Program-made: the position numbers and the translations under genes
In this document: in pieces, positions 1-9,705 of the stretch
How the letters are laid out: the number at the start of each line of letters is the position of its first letter
Numbering within the stretch: position 1 is the stretch's first letter
Assembly: GCA_965205485.1 (NCBI GenBank)
Contig: OZ242180.1
Coordinates: 4,128,001 to 4,192,000 of the forward strand
DNA from: Candidatus Latescibacterota bacterium
Lineage (GTDB): Bacteria; Latescibacterota; UBA2968; GCA-2709665
Length of the DNA stretch: 64,000 nt
Reading direction: 5' to 3'
Notes under the pieces: model-generated
The model's database searches: none
The model's input: the letters and a program-made list of their open reading frames with translations, nothing else
Told to the model about the DNA's origin: nothing

Positions 1-1
1 C

Positions 2-1129
2 GATGAGATCTATCTCAATACCGGCTCCGTTGGCGTGCAGCCCAAGCGTGTCTTCGACAGGATGATTGCAATCCTGACGGATGTGGAACGCAGCCCGATC
101 CGGAATCGGGCGAAACATGCGTACGCGGTGGATGATAGCCGCCGCCGGTTGAGCGACTTTCTTAACGCCCCGGTGGAGGACATCGCGTTCACCTGCAACG
201 TCACCGTATCCATCAATATGGTAGTTAACGGGCTGGACTGGCGGCCCGGTGACGAGATACTGGCCTCGAACCATGAATACGGCGCAATCGACCATTGCCT
301 CCATCAGGCGGAACGACGGTACGGGGTTGTGGTCAAGCGTGCCAGAATCCCGCCGGTTGCCGACAATCCCGATGTGATACTGGATGCGTTCGAACCGGAA
401 TTTACCGCTCGCACCCGGCTGGTACTCTGTAGCCACATCTTTGCCCGCACCGGCCTGATAACGCCAGTCGGAGCGTTGGCCCGCCTCGCCCACCGGCGTG
501 GCGCAATGATCGCGGTCGACGGGGCCCATGCTCCGGGTATGATCCCACTGGACCTGGATGCCCTCGAATGTGACTTTTACGGCGGCAACTGCCACAAGTG
601 GCTGTGCGCGCCCAAGGGTACGGGATTCCTTTACGTGTCGCCACACGCACAGGAGCGTTTGAATCACGTCATCGTAAGTTGGGGATACAGCCGCGAGGGT
701 CCGATACGATGCGGGGACGGAACGCTTCAGATCAACGACCGTCCGTTCATGTGGGGAATCGAGAACTGGGGCACCCGCGATCAGGCCGCTTTTGCAGCGG
801 TCGGTGAAGCCGTCGATTTCCAGGAACAGGTTGGCAAACGCCGAATCCTGCGTAGAGGCCGGAAACTGGCTGCTTATCTGAGGGAACGCATGGCGTCAAC
901 CGGCTGGGCAAGACTTCTCACACCGTCCAGGGCCGATATGTCCGGTTCAATCTCGGCATATCACGTCACGGGATTCGAAAGCCTCGACCTTTATGAGCGA
1001 TATCGGATCACCGTGCCGGCGGAACGAATTGACAGCGCACACCGGATCCGTGTGTCCACTCACATTTGCAACGGTTTCGACCATGTCGACCGGCTCATCG
1101 AAGCCCTGCGCGAACAGCGTCCCGGTTGA
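2..1129 (+). CDS. Class V PLP aminotransferase (isopenicillin-N epimerase/cysteine desulfurase-like), 5' truncated by the window edge
   Basis: Frame open from base 2 (DEIYLNTGSVG); motifs SNHEYG, VDGAHAPG and GNCHKWLCAPKG (PLP lysine). Confidence 0.88.
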   Translation, partial: DEIYLNTGSVGVQPKRVFDRMIAILTDVERSPIRNRAKHAYAVDDSRRRLSDFLNAPVEDIAFTCNVTVSINMVVNGLDWRPGDEILASNHEYGAIDHCLHQAERRYGVVVKRARIPPVADNPDVILDAFEPEFTARTRLVLCSHIFARTGLITPVGALARLAHRRGAMIAVDGAHAPGMIPLDLDALECDFYGGNCHKWLCAPKGTGFLYVSPHAQERLNHVIVSWGYSREGPIRCGDGTLQINDRPFMWGIENWGTRDQAAFAAVGEAVDFQEQVGKRRILRRGRKLAAYLRERMASTGWARLLTPSRADMSGSISAYHVTGFESLDLYERYRITVPAERIDSAHRIRVSTHICNGFDHVDRLIEALREQRPG

Positions 1130-1542
1130 GTATCGAATCACGGCACGTTCCGCAAACATCAGCTCAGCACGCCGAACCTGTTCGCATAAGTTCACCAAAC
1201 GCCGCTGACCGCCGCCATTCAGGCGCTCCCAACCCTCCTTGAGCCAGCAATGTCAAGGGTGTCTTCCATGCAATTCGCTGGCCGCGGTCGACCTCCGGGT
1301 ATGCCGAAATATCCGCAGGGGATCCGTGGGTTTCTGTTGCGGATTCAGGCGAACGCGGTGTACTGGCCGTGCCGCAGGCTGAGAATTCGAAACGAGATTA
1401 TACGTGTAAGTGTCTAAAATTCAACAAAATAGGGAAATTTTCATCCAAGTACATTAAAAACAACTAATTACATGAATTCCCGGGTATTGAATTCCGAATC
1501 CCGCCGGGCGAAAATTCGTGTAACTTCTAGTAAATTTTTTCC

Positions 1543-1572
1543 TTGCGGCAATCGGCACTTTGGGTCTATATT
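1543..1572 (+). promoter_or_regulatory. Putative sigma70 promoter of the HU/IHF gene
   Basis: TTGCGG-N18-TATATT following an AT-rich tract, about 40 nt before the ATG. Confidence 0.4.
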
Positions 1573-1611
1573 ATGTTTCGGCACGATCGGGCGTGTCAGA
1601 CGGGAGGAGAA

Positions 1612-1941
1612 ATGACAACAACCAAAAAGGATCTGGCGCTCGAAATTTCCGAACGGCTGGGCGTCAAGAAGCAACTCGCCTACGAGGTTGTAGACACGCT
1701 TTTCAAGGCAATGCGCGAGAGCCTGATTTCCGGCGACCGCATCGAGATTCGGGGTTTTGGTGTACTTGGCGTAAAAAACACCAAGCCCAAGCCTGCGGCG
1801 CGGAACCCCCGGACAGGTGAAATCGTTTACGTGCCCGCACGAAAGAAGAGCTACTTTAAAGCGGGCGTACTCATCAAGAAGGCACTTCACCAGCCGCTGG
1901 ATCCGTCGAGCCAGGAGGAATCAGAACCCCTGCGCCGCTAA
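1612..1941 (+). CDS. ihfB: HU/IHF family DNA-binding protein (IHF beta-like)
   Basis: TKKDL...RIEIRGFG...ARNPRTGE...YFKAG; RBS GGAGGAG before ATG 1612. Confidence 0.85.
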   Translation: MTTTKKDLALEISERLGVKKQLAYEVVDTLFKAMRESLISGDRIEIRGFGVLGVKNTKPKPAARNPRTGEIVYVPARKKSYFKAGVLIKKALHQPLDPSSQEESEPLRR

Positions 1942-2038
1942 CAGGATCCAGTTCCGGCTGGACCTTCGACCCCGGGTTCGATCGTTACGGGAGTTTGTAA
2001 GTCCGGGGTTTCAGCAGCAATCTCAGACCGAACGCCGG

Positions 2039-2073
2039 AAGCGGAGCGCCAGAGTCGCCACTCCGCTTTTTTT
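2039..2073 (+). terminator. Intrinsic terminator
   Basis: AAGCGGAG...CTCCGCTT stem running into a T tract. Confidence 0.65.
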
Positions 2074-2225
2074 ATTGTCCGAAATCAGCGAACCGCGACA
2101 TTTGCGCACGGCCGGCCGAGCGGCACGGGTTCTTCGCACGTGCGTACCAGGGCCTTCGCGTATCGTTCTTCCGGGTCCATCCTGAGGTTGTCCGATCGAG
2201 CGCACGGTGTTCCTGCCCCTCGGAG

Positions 2226-3635
2226 CTAATGGAATACGACCATTTTCAATTCCGTCATCTCCTCCACCGCGTACTTCGGCCCTTCCTTGCCCATCCCGCT
2301 GTCTTTCAATCCACCGTAAGGCATCAGATCCGCCCGCCATTGCGGGCCCCAGTTCACCATAATGTTGCCCGACTGCACCCTGTTTACGAACTGCATAGCG
2401 TGGTCGAGGTTCTCAGTGAACAGCGCGGCCGACAAACCGTAATTGGTGTCGTTGGCCGATGCGATGGCCTCGTCGATTGTATCGAATCGGGTCAGCCCGA
2501 CGGCCGGACCAAAGAGTTCGTCGCATGAGATCCGCATTTTGGGATCGACGTCCGCTACCACCGTTGGCGCGTGCAATGTGCCGTCACGGTCTCCGCCCAC
2601 GATTACCCTTGCGCCGCCCTCTCTGGCCTCGCGTATCCAGGCGCCAACCCGCTCGGCATCTGCTTCACGTATCATTGGCCCCATCGCAACCGACTCATCC
2701 AGCTGATTGCCGATTTTCATGGCCTCCACCTGAGGCTTCAGTACGTCAATGAAGTCCTCGTACACGTCCTTGTTGACCATGACGCGCTGCGCCGATATGC
2801 ATACCTGCCCGGCGTTTGCGAACCCTGTCGCGGTCGTGGCGGCGGCCACCTTGTCCAGATCGGCATCGGGCATTACGATCAGTGGGGAATTGGACCCCAG
2901 TTCCATCGTCACTTTCTTCAGCCCCGCTGTCCTGCAAATCTGCTCGCCCACGTCTCTGCTGCCGGTGAACGAGATCTTGCGGACCCGGGAATCTGACGAG
3001 AGCAGATCGCCGATTTCGCCTCCTGGCCCCGTGATGCACTGCACGGCTTCGGCCGGCGTGCCTGCATCCAGAAGGACATCCACGAGTTTAATAGCGGAAA
3101 GCGGCGTGTCGGTGGCCGGTTTAATGATCACCGAGTTTCCGGCCGCCAGCGCGGGTCCCACCTTGTGACAGACCAGATTCAAAGGGAAATTGAAGGGGGT
3201 AATGGCCACGACAACGCCACAGGGAACTCGAACGGTAAATCCGAACTTGCCCTCCGCACCTGTTGCGCCATCCAGCGGGATGGTCTCGCCGTAGAGTCGT
3301 TTTGCCTCTTCGGCCGACAGTGTCATTGTATCGACTGCCCGTGCGGCCTCCCCGCGCCCTTCGGAGATGATCTTCCCCTCCTCGGCGGAAATGGTCTGCC
3401 CGAAATCCTCCTGGCGTTCCGCCATCAATTCAGCAGCACGGTGCAGAACCCGGTATCGTTCGTGGGCCGGCATCGCCGCCATTATTCCGGCGCCTCTGGC
3501 CGCAGTCGCAAGGGCGGCCTGTACGTCACCGCTGCCGGCGCGAGGTACCGTATCGATAACCGAGCCATCGTACGGGTTCAGCACCTCGACTTTCTCGTCC
3601 TTGTCCATCCAGCGGGAATTGACGAACATCTTCAT
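2226..3635 (-). CDS. NAD(P)-dependent aldehyde dehydrogenase
   Basis: ITPFNFP, FTGS, MELGSN, AGQVCIS (catalytic Cys), ELFGP, PYGGLKDSG; RBS AGGAGG. Confidence 0.95.
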   Translation of the reverse strand: MKMFVNSRWMDKDEKVEVLNPYDGSVIDTVPRAGSGDVQAALATAARGAGIMAAMPAHERYRVLHRAAELMAERQEDFGQTISAEEGKIISEGRGEAARAVDTMTLSAEEAKRLYGETIPLDGATGAEGKFGFTVRVPCGVVVAITPFNFPLNLVCHKVGPALAAGNSVIIKPATDTPLSAIKLVDVLLDAGTPAEAVQCITGPGGEIGDLLSSDSRVRKISFTGSRDVGEQICRTAGLKKVTMELGSNSPLIVMPDADLDKVAAATTATGFANAGQVCISAQRVMVNKDVYEDFIDVLKPQVEAMKIGNQLDESVAMGPMIREADAERVGAWIREAREGGARVIVGGDRDGTLHAPTVVADVDPKMRISCDELFGPAVGLTRFDTIDEAIASANDTNYGLSAALFTENLDHAMQFVNRVQSGNIMVNWGPQWRADLMPYGGLKDSGMGKEGPKYAVEEMTELKMVVFH

Positions 3636-3712
3636 GATCTTGCCTCCTGCGAAATGACAAGTGAGTCGGATCCAGGCCGCTTTTCAACGGCCCACGGCCG
3701 GTGCACACACCG

Positions 3713-4633
3713 TTATGTTCTCTTGATTACGACAAGACTGATATCGTCGAGAGGTTGGCCGAAGTCGAGTACGTCCACCTTGATGGCTTCGAATATTCCG
3801 CGGGCCGAGAGTTCCTTGACCCCGCGGAGCATGTCCTCGAGCCGGTCGGGGAAATATTCGTCGTCGCCCCGGCGATGGTCCGCCAGCCCGTCCGTATACA
3901 GCAGCAGGATGTCGCCCGAGCCCCGCAACGTCCACTCGTTGATCTCATATTTTTTCTTGAAGCCCAGCACACTCTGGATCGCCTGCCTGTCTATATCTTC
4001 CTGTGACGGCAATGTCCCGATCGGTGGAAAGGTCACAAACAGGTCATCGCTGATATCCATGATTCGATTCTGCAGATTGGAGAAAACGATCGGCATAGGA
4101 TGGGCGGCAGAAAGAAATTTGAAGGTGTCGTCCTCGCTGATCTCCCCATAAATCATCGTCAGAAACTTGCTGACGCTGGAAGAATTGTAGATCCGGGTAT
4201 TCAGATTCTCGAACAGTTTCTCCGTGATCGTACCGAACTGGTCCAGTTCGTAAATAGCGCCCAGCAAGAAGGCCTCGTGCAGCATTCCGGCCAGCATCGC
4301 GTCCGTTATCTGATGTCCGGATACGTCCACGAGGGCGATTCCGGCCATCCGCTGGCATCTCCTCAGATTTGCTGCTACGGTTCCGCGGCCTTCTTCCTCC
4401 GCCTTTTGTATCCGTGCCTCCAGATCGTACCGTTTCTTGAAATCGACGTAGATGATGTGATCACCGCCGATCAGGCCGTCAAGCGGAATCGTCTCTCCGT
4501 AAATGTCGATTCCCTCTAATTTCGGGATTTCACCCGAAGGCGGCTTGATGTGCTTGGCGATTTCCTGAAAATTCTGCAATTCGCCCGTAAGGCGGTGCAG
4601 AGACTTGATGACATCGATCGACGATTCTTCCAT
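3713..4633 (-). CDS. PP2C/SpoIIE (RsbU-like) protein phosphatase
   Basis: IGGD, DVSGH, YTDGL, DDISLVV; start moved to ATG 4633 (GGAG RBS). Confidence 0.85.
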   Translation of the reverse strand: MEESSIDVIKSLHRLTGELQNFQEIAKHIKPPSGEIPKLEGIDIYGETIPLDGLIGGDHIIYVDFKKRYDLEARIQKAEEEGRGTVAANLRRCQRMAGIALVDVSGHQITDAMLAGMLHEAFLLGAIYELDQFGTITEKLFENLNTRIYNSSSVSKFLTMIYGEISEDDTFKFLSAAHPMPIVFSNLQNRIMDISDDLFVTFPPIGTLPSQEDIDRQAIQSVLGFKKKYEINEWTLRGSGDILLLYTDGLADHRRGDDEYFPDRLEDMLRGVKELSARGIFEAIKVDVLDFGQPLDDISLVVIKRT

Positions 4634-4731
4634 GAACGAACTCCAGACGTACAGGGAACCGCGGAAATCGCGTTCAGATGAAGATACGAAAAGTCTCCTG
4701 TCGAAACAACAGCAGAACGGCAACAACGTGA

Positions 4732-4767
4732 AAGAGGGACATCCGTTGAATAACGGTTGTCCCTCTT
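4732..4767 (-). terminator. Stem-loop, probable terminator after the small ORF at 4791-5051
   Basis: AAGAGGGACA/TGTCCCTCTT plus CCGTT/AACGG inverted repeat. Confidence 0.5.
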
Positions 4768-4790
4768 CGGATGCTGCCGTGTATACCGGC

Positions 4791-5051
4791 TCAGCTATCG
4801 GCTTCTTCCTCAACTTCCGCTTGACCGTTGGACGTCAGGTATTCATACGCCTTGTTCAGGACCAGAATCGCTTTGGGTATATCGTTCACCCTCAGGCTGC
4901 TGGAACGTTGCCACTCGCCCTGCTTGTCCCGGTAGCTTCTCTGGAACGAAACGGTACGGACGTTGAAGCTGTCCTTGCCGCGGCTGTATTCGTTGTCGAA
5001 TACGGAAGCGCTGCATGAACCGTGTCTGAACGTGATCTCCGGCTGCGCCAT
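4791..5051 (-). CDS. Small conserved hypothetical protein (86 aa), putative PC4/Whirly-like ssDNA-binding fold
   Basis: Strong RBS AAGGAGGT before ATG 5051; pattern VSFQRSYRDKQGEW..SSSLRVNDIPKA..VL.KAYEYL; acidic tail. Confidence 0.8.
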   Translation of the reverse strand: MAQPEITFRHGSCSASVFDNEYSRGKDSFNVRTVSFQRSYRDKQGEWQRSSSLRVNDIPKAILVLNKAYEYLTSNGQAEVEEEADS

Positions 5052-5234
5052 GGTTTCCACCTCCTTTCCTCGGTTGTTCCCATTCCCGCCTCGACGATCT
5101 GGCCGGCGTTGCGAGGCAAAGCGCCTGCATTTCCGCGAGAATGGATTCTTGCACGAATTCGGAGCCTCCCGCCCACAGACGCTTGCTGTAATCCGTGTTC
5201 GGCCGTGGTCGTTTGCTCAAGGCTTTCGGGCGGG

Positions 5235-8200
5235 TCATTTAATCAAAACCACACGCATGGTTCGGACGCGTGTTCCGTTGCGCAGGCGAATCAGATATAT
5301 GCCCGTACCAACCGATCGCCCCAGGTGGTCGCTTCCGTCCCACACGAGTCGATGGTAACCCGCGACCGCCGCAATCGAGAAACGTCTGACGGGTTGCCCG
5401 AGAACATTGTAGACCGTCAGGTCCGCCGGATCGCCGGTGCTTCGAAACCCGATGGTCGTATGCACATTGAACGGGTTCGGAAACGGGCGCTCCTGGCAGG
5501 CATCTCCGTTATCTGTATAGACTCCCGTGGAGTCGGCAAAGGCGGAGTCCGAGAATGGTGTCGCCTTCCCCGGCGAGAACGGCAGATTCGAAACGCGGCT
5601 GTGCGCTAACCATTCTCCCGGCATGTGCGGGTGGGGCACCAGTGACGAGCCAATCCGGTCCTTCACATATTGCACATCCACCAGCGTATCCGGCCCGGCC
5701 GGTACGACTAACAGGATCCTGTCCTCGGCATCCAGACCGTTCCCGATACGGCCCCCTGCTGAAAAACAGCCCTTTGCGCCTCCGCGCGTTCCCCTGCCGA
5801 AGAGGACAAAGCGCTCGCCGCCATCCAGGACCGAGCCCCCAGGGAACACGAACGACCCTCCATCGTCGTCGCCAAGCGTCCAGCCCGACAGATCCACCGC
5901 GGACTCGGCAGTGTTGAGCAGTTCGATGAATTGATCTCCATGCCGGTCCATCGTTCCATCTCCACTGACATCTGTTGTTGGATCGGCCAGAATCTCGTCA
6001 ATTACGACGAGCGGCCGCGGACGTACCGTAATCAGAAAACTCAGGATCAGACTCTCGGCGCCGTTTCGACTCATGGACACCCTTATCACACGGGGGCCCT
6101 CGTCTCCGCGACGGGGACGCCACACGAGAGATTCGCCCGTGTCGTCTAAGACAGGGCCGCCATCTACCTGGATCTGAATTCCCTCGCCGGTATCCACTGA
6201 CATCCTCCAGGTCAAGCCAACGAACGCAACGCTGTCCCGGCGGCTTGCCGGACGAAGGCCGGGCGCCACGACATTTATGGTGAACGACTGAACGGTCGAG
6301 TCGCTGTGGTCCGTTGCCGTGATGACGACCGGCCAGAATCCGGTATGTTCCGGCATACCTTCCAGATCGGTTTCCGTCCAATTCAGCCATGCCGGTCGCC
6401 GCTGCACCGAAACGGACACTTGGTCGCCATCGGGGTCTACAGCCGACGGCGTGTAAGCATACGTTAAACCTCGTATGGCCAGCGTGTCAGGCCGTGAGAT
6501 AAACACGGGAGGGCGATTGGATGGGGGGTTCTCGCCGCTGGAGTCTCCGTCGTTCCGGCCCCCGGAGTCGGCGCCGTCGCCTTCGATCCCGGAATGAACC
6601 CGGACGAGGGCGCTGGATGTGACGCGTCCGTGTCGTGCATGTACCACCGTCACCCCCGGCGCAACGCCCCGTAAACGCGGGAGCGGTTCGAGCCGCGCGA
6701 TATCAGCGTCCTCAACACGCCACGTCAGTTGGTTGGTGACAACCGTCACGGTTTCCGAATCGAAGAAACCGTCTGCAGCAACGGTATGGCTGGACCCCGG
6801 GTATATGTCCAACGTGTCGGGGACGATCCCGATGGCAACCAGCATCGGCGCGGCACGTCCGGGCGAGGACAGGCCTGTGAAAGGCAACAGATCATGTCGT
6901 TGTAGCGCGGCGCCCGCCCCGCGAACGAGCGAGGCGCCGTCGGGTGCGGCGTCGTAGCTGACGATGTCGAGCGTGTCCGCACCGCCGGGCGACAGAAACA
7001 CAACCGTGTCGCCTGAATTCGAGAGCCCGTCGCCGATCCGACCGTCATCCACAAGTGCGCTTTCCGGAAACCCTGACGTAGACCCGCCGCCGAAAAGGAC
7101 CAGGAAACCGCCGGGAGGAAGCAACGTCCCGGCGGGGAATTCGAAATGACGGTCGATCGGCGTATCGTCGTCTCCCAGCCTGCACCCGTCGAGCCTGGCC
7201 GTGTCGGACCGGGGATTCCAGAGTTCCACAAACTCGTCCTGGAAACCGTGGCGTTCGCCATCGCCATTGGTGTCACCGGGCGCCCCTGGGGCGGGATTCG
7301 CGTGGATTTCGCTGATGATCACACCCGCCGGAACGGTCGCCGGTGGATATCCGTCCCTCCCTTCCCCGTCATCCGGCCCCGCATCTTTCGCAACGACGGT
7401 TCCCTTCTCACTGGGCAACCCGGGGGAATAAATCCCCCGTCCGGGAGGGGTCTCATGGGGGACCCAAACGGTGCCGTTCCACACCAGCGACTGGTCAATG
7501 TCTCCCTCTGAGGTGTAATCGGCCCTGGCGAGCGTATCGTTCAGAACGGAATCGATCAGCAGAATAACGTCGGATTCGTCGGTCAAGCCGTTACCGATGC
7601 TGCCGTCATCCACGAATACCTGGCCCTCGATTCCTTCCGGCCGCCCACCTCCAAATAAGACAGCGCGTTCTCCGGGGTGAAGCCTGGTGAAACCGGGAAA
7701 CCTGAACTGCCTGCGTGCTGATACATCATCGTCGCTCAGCCGCCAGTCCGATATCCAGACGGCGTCAGGACCATCGTTCAGAATCTCGACGAATTCGTCC
7801 GATTGGCTGTCGCGCGATCCGTCGCCATTCACGTCGCCGTTCAGGCCGGGCGGCGGGTCCGCCAGAATCTCGACAATTGCAACCTGCGGACGGGGCTCGA
7901 CCCACACGTCAAATTGCCGCACGGTCTTCTCTCCGGAGCCACTCACCGCAGTCTGCCAGAAGCGAAAACGACCTTCCTGATCAGGCCTCCATGAGATTTC
8001 TCCGGTATCACGGTCCCACCGGATGCCCTGTACCTGGGTTTCCAGGTGCACGAATCCCCCGTCCAGATTGCGGATGCTGGGGGTGAATCTGCAAAGCGCG
8101 CCAACCCGGCACCACGATGGTGGCGCGTCCAGAAATTCCGGCCGTGGGGCTTTCGCCGCTTCCGCGGGGGCCGAGGGCTTCGGATGAGGCCGACCCGGCG

Positions 8201-9605
8201 AGATGGTCCCGCCGTCCGGCAAGTCGGCGTGCGGGACGTAAACGCCCTCGGCGAACCGCACCACGGACCGGTTCAGGTCCCCTGCCACCTGAAAGTCGGC
8301 CACGGCCACCGTATCGTCCGCGGCGGGGTCGACGAGCAACACGCGGTCCCCCCTATTGGTCAATCCATTACCGATGCTGCCGTCGTCTACGAATACATGC
8401 CCGGGGATATCCTGGGGATTACCACCGCCAAACAGGACCGCGCGCATTCCCGGCGCAAGCGTCAGGCCGACGGGAAAGTGAAATCGCCGTCCCGAACCGA
8501 CGTCGTCGTCGCTGAGCCACCATCCACCTATCGTTACCGGCTTCGAGTCGACGTTCAATATTTCAACGAACTCGTCCGCCTTGCCGTCCCTCACCCCGTC
8601 CTGATTGGCGTCTCCGTCCGGACCGGGAGCCGGGTCCGCCAACACTTCGTCAATGACCACCCGGGCCCCGAACCGGATTGTCGGGCCGGGATCCACCGGG
8701 GTATCGCCGGGGATGACTTCCGTCCGTTCCGTCACCTTGCGGGCACGACCGGGAGAAAACAGGGCGCCGTCACCGGGTGATTCGCTATGTAGCAGAAAGG
8801 GACCGCGCCCTTGTGGATGGCGCACGATCGATTGATTCCGGTCCCCTGTCTTGCCTTCGTATTGTGCAGCCGCCAATGTATCCATCGAAGATGGATCGAT
8901 CAGGAACACGCTATCGCCCCCGTTTCTCAGGCCCCCGCCGATTGCTCCGTCGTCCACGAACACGAGCCCCGGAACACCTGAAGGAGAACCACCGCCAAAG
9001 AGAACCAGTCGCTGACCCGGCTTCAATTCGGTGTTTTCAGGGAACGCGAACCTGGATCCGGGCGCTGTCCCCGCGTCGCTCAATTGCCAGCCGTCCAACC
9101 TGACCGGCTTGAGTCCGATATTGAGCAGTTCCACGAATTCGTCCTGACTGTGGTGGCGCGTCCCGTCGCCGTTGGCGTCGCCCTGTACGCCCGCCGGCGG
9201 GTCTGCAAGAATCTCCTGAATGACGACGACTTCCCGGACACCTTCCCCGACGATCGGCGTCTTCAGCGCGCCACTGCCGGTTGCGACGGTCAGAACTCCG
9301 GTACATACAGCGAGGTCCTCGGGTTCGAATCGGACCGTCAGGCTCGCGGCCCGGTCCGGCGGCAATACGATACTTGTGTCGGCAAAGAGATCGTCAGGCA
9401 GATGGAACCCGTTCCCTTCAATGTTGGCGGAAGTCAGGACGAGATCGCTCCGACCTCCATTTGCGACAACGACGCTATCCAGCGCGGAAGACCCTGCTCG
9501 CACCGGACCGAAGCGGAGCGTATCCGGCGTGACGACCGCCTGCGCCCAGAGCCCTGTCCGGTCAGGGACGAGAAACACGAGGAAAAACACGAGGACCTGT
9601 TTCAC
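5235..9605 (-). CDS. Large secreted protein: signal peptide, Ig-like (ASH-type) domain, five lamin-tail domains, Ig-like domains and a C-terminal FlgD/T9SS-like sorting domain
   Basis: GTG 9605 after AAGGAG; five repeats of I.E(I/V)LA(D/N)P..GD.NGDG....D(E/Q)F(V/I)E(I/L).N; C-terminus PNPFN...VYNVLGQ...WDG...GIY. Confidence 0.85.
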   Translation of the reverse strand: MKQVLVFFLVFLVPDRTGLWAQAVVTPDTLRFGPVRAGSSALDSVVVANGGRSDLVLTSANIEGNGFHLPDDLFADTSIVLPPDRAASLTVRFEPEDLAVCTGVLTVATGSGALKTPIVGEGVREVVVIQEILADPPAGVQGDANGDGTRHHSQDEFVELLNIGLKPVRLDGWQLSDAGTAPGSRFAFPENTELKPGQRLVLFGGGSPSGVPGLVFVDDGAIGGGLRNGGDSVFLIDPSSMDTLAAAQYEGKTGDRNQSIVRHPQGRGPFLLHSESPGDGALFSPGRARKVTERTEVIPGDTPVDPGPTIRFGARVVIDEVLADPAPGPDGDANQDGVRDGKADEFVEILNVDSKPVTIGGWWLSDDDVGSGRRFHFPVGLTLAPGMRAVLFGGGNPQDIPGHVFVDDGSIGNGLTNRGDRVLLVDPAADDTVAVADFQVAGDLNRSVVRFAEGVYVPHADLPDGGTISPGRPHPKPSAPAEAAKAPRPEFLDAPPSWCRVGALCRFTPSIRNLDGGFVHLETQVQGIRWDRDTGEISWRPDQEGRFRFWQTAVSGSGEKTVRQFDVWVEPRPQVAIVEILADPPPGLNGDVNGDGSRDSQSDEFVEILNDGPDAVWISDWRLSDDDVSARRQFRFPGFTRLHPGERAVLFGGGRPEGIEGQVFVDDGSIGNGLTDESDVILLIDSVLNDTLARADYTSEGDIDQSLVWNGTVWVPHETPPGRGIYSPGLPSEKGTVVAKDAGPDDGEGRDGYPPATVPAGVIISEIHANPAPGAPGDTNGDGERHGFQDEFVELWNPRSDTARLDGCRLGDDDTPIDRHFEFPAGTLLPPGGFLVLFGGGSTSGFPESALVDDGRIGDGLSNSGDTVVFLSPGGADTLDIVSYDAAPDGASLVRGAGAALQRHDLLPFTGLSSPGRAAPMLVAIGIVPDTLDIYPGSSHTVAADGFFDSETVTVVTNQLTWRVEDADIARLEPLPRLRGVAPGVTVVHARHGRVTSSALVRVHSGIEGDGADSGGRNDGDSSGENPPSNRPPVFISRPDTLAIRGLTYAYTPSAVDPDGDQVSVSVQRRPAWLNWTETDLEGMPEHTGFWPVVITATDHSDSTVQSFTINVVAPGLRPASRRDSVAFVGLTWRMSVDTGEGIQIQVDGGPVLDDTGESLVWRPRRGDEGPRVIRVSMSRNGAESLILSFLITVRPRPLVVIDEILADPTTDVSGDGTMDRHGDQFIELLNTAESAVDLSGWTLGDDDGGSFVFPGGSVLDGGERFVLFGRGTRGGAKGCFSAGGRIGNGLDAEDRILLVVPAGPDTLVDVQYVKDRIGSSLVPHPHMPGEWLAHSRVSNLPFSPGKATPFSDSAFADSTGVYTDNGDACQERPFPNPFNVHTTIGFRSTGDPADLTVYNVLGQPVRRFSIAAVAGYHRLVWDGSDHLGRSVGTGIYLIRLRNGTRVRTMRVVLIK

Positions 9606-9692
9606 CAATCTCTCCTTCCAGAAGCGCCAGCACGTCATACCGGCCGATGCAATCTGTATGCCAATTACGGGTTTATGATATAACTTGATTTT

Positions 9693-9705
9693 TATCAATA
9701 TGTTA
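9693..9705 (+). promoter_or_regulatory. Candidate IHF-binding site
   Basis: TATCAATATGTTA matches WATCAANNNNTTR, inside an AT-rich imperfect palindrome (9678-9708). Confidence 0.35.

Noticed and set aside
4843..5238. 131-aa ORF overlapping the LTD gene stop by ATGA
   Set aside because: Overlaps the better-supported 86-aa ORF out of frame; composition is not protein-like
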